Positions 46,965 to 56,102 of a DNA stretch of 56,102 bases are shown here, in pieces (position 1 is the stretch's first letter; every line of letters starts with the position of its first letter). The translations under genes were made by a program, and so were the position numbers. The notes under the pieces are model-generated. The model was given only the letters and a program-made list of their open reading frames with translations, was not told where the DNA came from and did not search any database. Origin of the DNA: Malacoraja senta (Eukaryota); contig JAXLNO010000083.1 of NCBI GenBank assembly GCA_038087875.1, positions 1 to 56,102 of the forward strand, in the 5' to 3' direction.

Positions 46965-47225
46965 CACAGTGGCACGGCGGTAGAGTTGCTGCCGTACAAC
47001 GCCGGACACACAGGTTCGATCCTGACTACGGGTGCTGTCTGTACGGAGTTTGTACGTTCTCCCCGTGACTGTGCAGGTTTGTAGGTTAAACGGCATCTGT
47101 AAATTGTCCCTAGCGTGTTGGATAGACCAGTGTTCAGGTGATCGTTGGTCCGCGCAGACTAGGTGGGCTGAAGGGCCTGTTTCTACACTGTATCTCTAAA
47201 TCTAGAACCAAAAAAACTAAACTAA
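46965..47225 (+). mobile_element. HE1/V-SINE-type SINE with internal deletion
   Basis: B box ggttcgatcc and actaa tail. Confidence 0.85.
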
Positions 47226-47304
47226 CAAAACCCCCCACTTAATACTTTGCCTATGGTCATTCACACTGTGCAAACTAAATGAAAAAAGATCTCTTCCTTC
47301 ATAT

Positions 47305-47592
47305 TTTAGTTTAGTTTGTAGATACAGTGCGGAAACAGGCTCTTCCACAATCCCTGTACTCTAGCACTATTCTACACACTAGGGAAAATTTACAATTTTT
47401 ACCTAAACCAATTAACCTTTAAACCTGTACATCTTTGGAATGTGGGAAGAAACCGGAGCACCCGGGGAAAACCCATACGGTCACAGGGAGAATGTACAAA
47501 CTCCATATAGATGGCACCCTTTGTCAGGATTGAACCCTGGTCTGTGGCGCTGTAAAGCAGCAACTCTACTTGCTGCGCCACTGTGCTGCCCC
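47305..47592 (-). mobile_element. HE1/V-SINE-type SINE
   Basis: Match to the other copies. Confidence 0.85.
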
Positions 47593-47734
47593 TGTTAGAC
47601 ACTCTTGGCCTTTTGCTCTGTACAGTCCCTTTCTCCAAATGTTCAAGTCATGTTGATACTTGTAATGAAACTCAGTTCTTCTCCTCTATCTTCTCTAGAT
47701 TATCCACCGTGTTACACATTGTCTCATTCAATTT

Positions 47735-47995
47735 TAGACTTTGGGCTTTACAGATATGGTGTTGAAGCAGGCCCTTCGGCCCACCGAGTCTGCGCCGACC
47801 AGCGATCACCAGCACACTAACACTATCCTACACACGAGGGATAATTCACCATTTACAGAAACCAATTAAGCGACAAATCCCAACATATTTGTATGTAGGA
47901 GGGAGCCGGAGCACCCAGAGAAAACCCACGAGATTACGGGGAGAACGTATGAACTCCGTACACCCATAGTCAGGACAGTTGCGCCACTCTGCCAC
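47735..47995 (-). mobile_element. HE1/V-SINE-type SINE
   Basis: Match to the other copies; the head is partly deleted. Confidence 0.8.
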
Positions 47996-48169
47996 CCTTC
48001 TACATTTCTGCATTTGATTCATTTGCAGATCTTCTGCATTTGGTTCATTTGCATGATCTACTTTAATTTACTCACTTTCTTTGATACTTTCAGTTGTAAT
48101 GCAGACATCGTGGGCTGAAGAACCTGTTCCTGTGCTGTATTATTCTCTTTTTTTTATTGATATGAATAT

Positions 48170-48395
48170 TCAGTTTGAAAACTAGCCCTTCAACTCACCA
48201 AGTCGACGCCAACCATCGATCGCCCATTCACACCAGTTCAATGTTATCCCACTTTTGCAACCACACCCCACACACACGGGGCAATGTACAGAGGCCATTT
48301 AGCCAAAAACCAGCATGTCTTTGAGAATTGCGAGCGAACCGGAGCGCCCGGAGGAAACCCACGCGGTCACAGGGAGAACGTGCAAACTCCCCAAG
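48170..48395 (-). mobile_element. HE1/V-SINE-type SINE, partial
   Basis: gttatcccactttt...gaaacccacgcggtcacagggagaacgtgcaaactcc. Confidence 0.75.
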
Positions 48396-49067
48396 GCCAG
48401 CACTGTGTTCTATGTTCAGTGTTACACGATGCTCACATCAACACCACCTTCTGTGTCATTCCTTACATTACCTCCCACGTGGGGGAGGAGAATGGGGTTG
48501 AAAGGGAAAGATAGATCAGCCATGATTGAATGGTGAAGCAGACTTGATGGGCTGAATGGCCTAATTCTGCTCCTTTCTCCAGTGACCTTATGAACAATGA
48601 TGCTGGCTGACTGGCTGAGAATGTTCTGTTTTCATTTTATTTACATGTTCACATTTAAACCGGTAGCATATTATATATATGTTTGCTGCCTCTGTGATAT
48701 TAAGCATGTTCCCTCTTCTGCTCCCCAGTGTCTCTTTGTCTATTTCACATGACAGGACCTCCCTGCGTATCTTTCAACATTTAGTTCTGATGCTGTATAT
48801 GTGTCCGAGGAGCCTGTCACTTGTCTTCACTGTTGCTGACTGAGTCTCTCCATGTTTTAAAACAGTGCATGTATAATTCTGGCTTTGAACATTCCTTTTA
48901 TCATTTGCCGACACAGCAGAATAAAAAATCTAATCAATTTCTCAGGTCTATTTTATGTCCTTGTAAAATTATTTCCCACTAAGCCAAAGAACATCTGTTG
49001 CAAGAAGAATTCTAAAATAACCACATAAATAACACCAAGACGCCTCTGGAGCTGCCATTTAAAAGCT

Positions 49068-49350
49068 CGGGCTGGCACAGTGGCGCAGTGGTAGAGTTGC
49101 TGCCTTATAGCGCCAGAGACCCAGGTTCAATCCTGACTATGGGTGCTGTCTGTACAGAGTTTGTACGTTCTCCTCGTGACCGCGTGGGTTTTCCTTGGGT
49201 GCTAAAATTTCCTCCCACACTCCAAAGACGTACAGGTTTGTAAATTAATTGGCTTCTGTAAAAATTATAAATTGCCCCTGGTGTGTAGGATGGTGCTGGT
49301 GAACGCGGTCTCGGTGGGCCGAAGAGCCTGTTTCCATGACAAAAGTCTAA
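49068..49350 (+). mobile_element. HE1/V-SINE-type SINE
   Basis: A box tggcgcagtgg, B box ggttcaatcc, central domain. Confidence 0.85.
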
Positions 49351-49699
49351 ATTAGCAGTTCAAGCCTATTCCGCGAGTCAGTGCAATTGATGCCACTTGG
49401 TGACTCCCACCACATGTCCATCTGGCCCCTCCATCCCTTGACGTGCGTTTGATTGAAAAAAAAATCACCCAGAATCAAAATTAACAATTCACCTTCCTAT
49501 AAGTCTTAGAGTCATACAGGACGGGAACAGGTCCTTTGGCCCAACTCGTCCATGGCAACCAAGATGCCTCATCTAAGCTAGTCCCATTTGCCCATGTTTG
49601 GCACCTACCCTCTTTAGGTACAGAGTTTCAAATTTCTACTATATGGTGCATGTCTACATGTTTCCCATTGTTACTCCTGATGGAAACTCGATAAATTGC

Positions 49700-49890
49700 A
49701 AATACTGGAATCTTGAGCAAAACACAAAGTGCTGGAGGAACTCAGCGGACCTGGCAGCATCGGTGGACGGAAATAGACAGCTGATGTTTCAGTTCAGGAC
49801 CCTTTTTTCTCCACTCAGCCTGAGCAAGGGTCCCGATCTGAAATGCCACCTTTCCATCGCCTCCACAGATGCTGTCTGACCCACTGAGTT
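49700..49890. mobile_element. Inverted pair of Penelope-derived units
   Basis: A minus-strand copy is followed by a plus-strand copy starting ctgagcaagggtcccgatctgaaatg. Confidence 0.7.
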
Positions 49891-51211
49891 CTATGGACCG
49901 AGCTCGTTACTAGTGAATAAAACACAAAATATGTTAGACCTCACCTCCAGGCCTATATACTGCTGAGGGCATAACAAATTGTTCCCAACCCAAGGAGTTG
50001 AACTTCAGCCAAATCACCCTTAACCTTCTAAATTGCAGTCAGTTTGACAATGTTTGTGATCTCATTTATAGAGTCATAGAGATATACAGCATTGAAACAG
50101 TCCCTTTGTTCAAACCCATTCATACCGACCAAGTTTTCCTTTACAATAAATTTCTATGGAGTTTAGTTTAGTTTAGTTTATTGTCACGTGTACCGAGGTA
50201 CAGTGAAGAGCTTTTGTTGCGTGCAAACCAGCAGAATGACAATACATGATTACAATCAACCCATCCACAGTGTACAGATACAGGATAACGAGTATAATAG
50301 ACAATAGACAATAGGTGCAGGAGCCAGCACCGCCATTCAATGTGATCATGGCTGATCATCCACATTCAGTACCCCGTTCCTGCCTTCACCACATATCCCC
50401 TGACTCCGCTATCTTTAAGAGCCCTATCTAGCTCTCTCTTGAAAGTATCCAGAGAACCGGCCTCCACCGCCCTCTGATGCAGAGAATTCCACAGACTCAC
50501 AACTCTCTGTGTGAAAAAGTGTTTCCTCATCTCCGTTCTAAATGGCTTACCTGTAATTGTTAAACTGTGGCCCCTGGTTCTGGACTCCCCCAACATCGGG
50601 AACATGTTTCCTGCCTCTAGCGTGTCCAAACCTTCAATAATCTCATATGTTTCAATAAGATCCCCTCTCATCCTTCTAAATTCCAGAGTATACAAGCCCA
50701 GCCGCTCCATTCTCTCAGCATATGACATTCCTGCCATCCCGGGAATTAACCTTGTGAACCTACGCTGCACTCCCTCAATTGCAAGAATGTCCTTCCTCAA
50801 ATTTGGAGACCAAAACTGCACACAATACTCCAGGTGTGGTCTCACTAGGGCCCTGTACAACTGCAGAAGGACCTCTTTGCTCCTATACTCAACTCCTCTT
50901 GTTATGAAGGCCAACATGCCATTCGCTTTCTTCACTGCCCCCAGATCCCGTTGTACTTCCCCTTTCCCCAACAACACCATTTAGATAATAATCTTCCTTC
51001 CTGTTTTTGCCACCAAAGTGGATAACCTCACATTTCTCCTCATTAAACTTCATCTGCCATACATCTGCCCACTCACCCAACCTGTCCAAGTCACCCTGCA
51101 TTCTCGTAGCATCCTCCTCACAGTTCACACTGCCTCCCAGCTGTGCGTCATCTGCAAATTTGCTAATGTTACTTGTAATACCTTCATCTAAATTATGATT
51201 ATATAATATTG

Positions 51212-51746
51212 CTCAGAAGGGTAAGGAAAAGAAGAGGAGGGCAATACTAATAGGAGACTCTATAGTTAGGGGGTCAGACAGGCGATTCTGTGGACGCAGT
51301 CGGGAGACCCGGATGGTAGTTTGCCTCCCTGGTGCCAGGGTCTGTGATGTGTCTCAACGTGTCCAAGATATCCTGAAAGGGCAGGGAGAGGAGCCCGAGG
51401 TCGTGGTACATATAGGTACCAATGACATAGGTAAAAAAAGAGAAGAGGTCCTGAAAGGAGAATTTAGGGAGTTAGGAGGGGAGTTAAAGAGAAGGACAGC
51501 AAAGGTAACAATCTCGGGATTACTGCCTGTGCCACGCGACAGTGAGAGTAGGAATGGAGCGAGGTGGAGAATAAATGCGTGGCTGAAGGACTGGTGCAGA
51601 AGGCAGGGATTCAAATTTCTGGATCATTGGGACCTCTTTTGTGGAAGGTTCGACCTGTACAAAAAGGATGGGTTGCACTTGAACTGAGGGGGACCGATAT
51701 CCTGGCGGGGAGATCTGCAAAGGCTACTGGGGAGACTTTAAACTAG
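51212..51746 (+). pseudogene. CR1 ORF1 SGNH/GDSL esterase-like domain (5'-truncated, frameshift near 51685)
   Basis: ILIGDSIVRG, CLPGA, HIGTND and DGLHLN blocks. Confidence 0.88.
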
Positions 51747-51751
51747 AATGG

Positions 51752-54700
51752 TTGGGGGGAGGGACTCAAATAGAGAATGCTATTAGACAGTGTGTGAGGC
51801 AGGAGGCAGAGAAGGAAAGCACTCAGACCCAACATGTAGGGGGGAAAGAAGAAAACAATAATAAACAGAGAATAAGAGGTGGTGGGGTTCTTAAATGGGT
51901 GAGCAGAGAAACAGAGGGGTGTAAAATGCAGGCGGAAGCAATAGGTAGCAAGGTGAAAAGTAAAAGTGGCAGGCAGACAAATCCAGGGCAAAAATCAAAA
52001 AGGGCCACTTTTCAACATAATTGTATAAGGGGTAAGAGCGTTGTAAAAACAAGCCTGAAGGCTTTGTGTCTCAATGCAAGGAGCATTCGTAATAAGGTGG
52101 ATGAGTTGAACGTGCAGATAGCAATTAATGATTATGATATAGTTGGGATCACGGAGACATGGCTCCAGGGTGACCAAGGCTGGGAGCTGAACATCCAGGG
52201 ATATTCAATATTCAGGAGGGATAGAGAGAAAGGAAAAGGAGGTGGGGTAGCGTTGCTGGTTAGAGAGGAGATTAACGCAGTGGAAAGGAAGGACATTAGC
52301 TTGGAGGATGTGGAATCGGTATGGGTAGAGCTGCGAAACACTAAGGGGCAGAAAACGCTGGTGGGTGTTGTGTACAGGCCACCTAGCAGTAGTAGTGAAG
52401 TTGGGGATGGCATCAAACAGGAAATTAGAAATGCGTGCAACAAAGGCAAAACAGTTATAATGGGTGACTTCAATCTACATATAGATTGGGTGAATCAAAT
52501 TGGCAGGGGTGCTGAGGAAGAGGATTTCACGGAATGTATGCGGGATAGTTATCTAAACCAACATGTAGAGGAACCAACGAGAGAGCAGGCTATTCTAGAC
52601 TGGGTATTGAGTAATGAGGAAGGGTTAGTTAGCAGTCTTGTTGTGCGTGCCCCCTTGGCCAAGAGTGACCATAATATGGTTGAGTTCTTCATTAGGATGG
52701 AGAGTGACATTGTTAATTCAGAAACAACGGTTCTGAACTTAAAGAAAGGTAACTTTGAGGGTATGAGACGTGAATTGGCCAAGATTGACTGGCAATTGGT
52801 TCTAAAAGGGTTGACGGTGGATATGCAATGGAAGGCATTTAAAGACTGCATGGATGAACTACAAAAATTGTTCATCCCAGTTTGGCAAAAGAATAAATCA
52901 GGGAAGGTAGTGCATCCGTGGATAACAAGGGAAATCAGGGATAGTATCAAAGCAAAAGATGATGCGTACAAATTAGCCAGAAAAAGCAGCATACCAGAGG
53001 ACTGGGAGAAATTCAGAGACCAGCAGAGGAGGACAAAAGGGCTTAATTAGGAAAGGGAAAATAGATTATGAAAGGAAACTGGCAGGGAACATAAAAACTG
53101 ACTGCAAAAGTTTTTATAGATATGTGAAGAGAAGAGATTAGTTAAAACAAATGTAGGTCCCTTGCAGTCAGAAACAGGTGAATTGATCATGGGGAACAAG
53201 GATATGGCGGACCAATTGAATTACTACTTTGGTTCCGTCTTCACTAAGGAAGACATAAATAATCTGCCGGAAATAGCAGGGGGCCGCGGGTCAAAGGAGA
53301 TGGAGGAACTGAGTGAAAACCAGGTTAGTCGGGAAGTGGTGTTGGGTAAATTGAATGGATTAAAGGCCGATAAATCACCAGGGCCAGATAGGCTGCATCC
53401 CAGAGTACTTAAGGAAGTAGCTCCAGAAATAGTGGATGCATTAGTGATAATTTTTCAAAACTCTTTAGACTCTGGAGTAGTTCCTGAGGATTGGAGGGTA
53501 GCAAACGTAACTCCACTTTTTAAGAAGGGAGGGAGAGAGAAAACGGGGAATTACAGACCAGTTAGTCTAACATCGGTAGTGGGGAAACTGCTAGAGTCAC
53601 TTATTAAAGATGGGATAGCAGCACATTTGGAAAGTGGTGAAATCATTGGACAAAGTCAGCATGGATTTACGAAAGGTAAATCATGTCTGACGAATCTTAT
53701 AGAATTTTTCGAGGATGTAACTAGTAGAGTGGATAGGGGAGAACCAGTGGATGTGTTATATCTGGACTTTCAGAAGGCTTTCGACAAGGTACCACATAAG
53801 AGATTAGTATACAAACTTAAAGCACACGGTATTGGGGGTTCAGTATTGATGTGGATAGAGAACTGGCTGGCAAACAGGAAGCAAAGAGTAGGAGTAAATG
53901 GGTCCTTTTCACAATGGCAGGCAGTGACTAGTGGGGTACCGCAAGGCTCAGTGCTGGGACCCCAGCTTTTTACAATTTATATTTATGAACTGGATGAGGG
54001 AATTGAAGGCAACATCTCCAAGTTTGTGGATGACACTAAGCTGGGGGGCAGTGTTAGCTGTGAGGAGGATGCCAGGAGACTGCAAGGTGACTTGGATAGG
54101 CTGGGTGAGTGGGCAAATGTTTGGCTGATGCAGCATAATGTGGATAAATGTGAGGTTATCCACTTTGGTGGCAAAAACAGGAAAGCAGACTATTATCTAA
54201 ATGGTGGCGATTAGGAAATGGTGAGATGCAGCGAGACCTGGGTGTCATGGTACACCAGTCATTGAAAGTAGGCATGCAGGTGCAGCAGGCAGCGAAGAAA
54301 GCGAATGGTATGTTAGCTTTCATAGCAAAAGGATTTGAGTATAGGAGCAGGGAGCTTCTACTGCAGTTGTACAGGGTCTTGGTGAGACCACACCTGGAGT
54401 ATTGCATACAGTTTTGGTCTCCAAATCTGAGGAAGGACATTATAGCCATAGAGGGAGTGCAGAGAAGGTTCACCAGACTGATTCCTGGGATGTCAGGACT
54501 TTTATATGAAGAAAGACTGGATAGACTTGGCTTATACTCGCTAGAATTTAGGAGATTGAGAGGGAATCTTATAGAAACGTACAAAATTCTTATGGAGTTG
54601 GACAGGCTAGATGCAGGAAGATTGTTCCCGATGTTGGGGAAGTCCAGGACAAGGGGTCACAGCTTAAGGATAAGGGGGAAATCCTTTAAGACCGAGATGA

Positions 54701-54861
54701 GGAAAAACTTTTTCACACAGAGAGTGGTGAATCTCTGGAACTCTCTGCCACAGAGGGTAGTTGAGGGCAGTTCATTGGCTATATTTAAGAGGGAGTTAGA
54801 TGTGGCCCTTGTGGCTAAGGGGATCAGGGGGTATGGAGAGAAGGCAGGTACGGGATACTGA
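51752..54861 (+). pseudogene. CR1 ORF2 (APE endonuclease plus RT), about three frameshifts
   Basis: CLNARSI, GITETWL, VYRPP, GDFN and SDH (EN); QHGF, GVPQGSVLGP and FVDD (RT). Pieces 51752-53050, 53162-54214, 54226-54861. Confidence 0.93.
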
Positions 54862-55889
54862 GTTGGATGATCAGCCATGATCATATTGAATGGCGGTGCA
54901 GGCTCGAAGGGCCGAATGGCCTACTCCTGCACCTATTTTCTATGTATCTATGTATCTATGTAAATAGCTGCGGTCCCAGCATCGAGCCTTGCGGTACCCC
55001 ACTGCCTGCCATTCTGAAAGGGACTGTTTAATGCAAGATAAAGTCCGATTAAAGATGGTCTAAGGGTCTCCAGGGAGGTAGGTGGTAGCTGAGGACCGCT
55101 CTCTAGTTGTGGATAGAATGGTTTAGTTGCCTGATAACAGCTAGGAAGAAACTGTCCCTGAATCTGGAGGTGTGTATTTTCCTCTTGTATCTCTTGCCTG
55201 ATGGGAGAGGGGAGAGGAGGCAGTGACCAGGATGAGACTCATTCCTGATTATGCTGCTGGCCTTATTGAGGCAGCGTAAGGTATAAATGGAGTAAAATAC
55301 AAGGGTGGTTGGTTTGTGTGATGGTCTGGACTCTGTCCACAATTCTCTGCAATTTCTTACGGTCTTGGGTGGAGATGTTTCCAAACCAAACTCTGATGCG
55401 TGGTTAAAAAGGTTTCTATGCCTCATTGGTAGAAGTTGGTGAGAGCTGTTGGGGATATGCCTAACTTCCTAAGCCTTCTAAGGAGGTAGATGTGTTGGCA
55501 TGCATTCTTGGCTATTGCTTTGATATAGCTGGTCTAAGCCAAGTTGCTGGTGTATTTATTCCTTGGAACCTGAAGCATTCAACCACCTCTACTTCAGTGC
55601 TGTCAATGCAAGCTGGGGTATGTGTATTGCTTCACTTCCTGAAGTCAATTACCATCTCCTTTGTCTTGCTAACATTGAGAGCTTTTAATATCATCATAGA
55701 GAGTTACCGCACGGAAACAGCGCTTTGGCCCATTGTGGACATGACAATCATCAAACAGCCATTTTTACTAATTCCTACACACACTGAGCTTTTTAAAAAA
55801 TCCACCCCACACTAATATTCCAGCCACAACTCTCTGCAGCTCTTTCACTGACCAGGGAGCTGCCCACAACCAGCCAGTTATACGCTAAT

Positions 55890-56102
55890 ATTTAGTTCAG
55901 TTTAAACGTACAGTGTGGAAACAGGCCCTTCGGCCCACCAAGTCCACGCCGACCAGCGATCACCATACGCTAGTTCTATCCTACAGACATTTGGGACAAT
56001 TTACAAATTTGCCGTAGCCAATTAGCCTACAAAATTGTACTTCTTTGGAGTGAGGGAGGAAAGATTCGAAACCCAGGCAGATCACAGGGAAACATACAAA
56101 CT
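55890..56102 (-). mobile_element. HE1/V-SINE-type SINE running off the window end
   Basis: Tail and central domain match the other copies. Confidence 0.8.

Larger units (their letters stand above)
51212..54960 (+). mobile_element. Near full-length CR1 (inner layer)
   Basis: ORF1 esterase domain, ORF2 EN plus RT, 3' UTR and (TATCTATG)n tail. Confidence 0.95.
50297..55024 (-). mobile_element. CR1 3' portion (middle layer), split at ~51211/54961
   Basis: ORFs 50366-50980 and 50889-51128. The RT sequence continues at 54961-55024 (taaatagctgcggtcccagc...ggtaccccact = GVPQGS.LGP reversed). Confidence 0.9.
50160..55680 (-). mobile_element. Rex1/Babar 3' portion (outer layer of a nest)
   Basis: Tail and UTR at 50160-50296 resume at 55025. 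ORF 55103-55426 has Rex1 C-terminal motifs. Confidence 0.85.

Noticed and set aside
51313..51687. Host esterase/lipase gene
   Set aside because: The SGNH domain sits directly upstream of CR1 ORF2, the known position of the CR1 ORF1 esterase.

Overview
This is a vertebrate non-coding window made mostly of transposable elements. The repeat complement (tRNA-headed HE1/V-SINE-type SINEs with (ACTAA)n tails, many CR1 LINEs, Rex1/Babar, L2, L1 and Penelope remnants) points to a cartilaginous fish, probably a skate or ray; that assignment is inference. I can identify no host protein-coding gene with confidence. All the long ORFs are LINE ORF1/ORF2 pieces or low-complexity artefacts. Main structures: (1) a dispersed family of ~100-bp Penelope-derived units headed by a minimal hammerhead-ribozyme-like core, several with 11-15 bp target-site duplications (TSDs); (2) a 1.27-kb non-autonomous Helitron carrying a telomeric-repeat cassette bounded by inverted repeats; (3) two multi-layer nested insertion stacks, at 28.5-36 kb and 50.2-55.7 kb, one containing an apparently chimeric CR1; (4) a MITE with 43-bp TIRs; (5) a minisatellite that arose inside a CR1 ORF2; (6) a TE-free, CpG-rich island at 22.4-23.9 kb that looks like a promoter and first exon of an unidentified + strand gene, plus other TE-free islands that may be conserved elements. 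Boundaries without a TSD are approximate. Family names come from recalled motifs, not from a database search.
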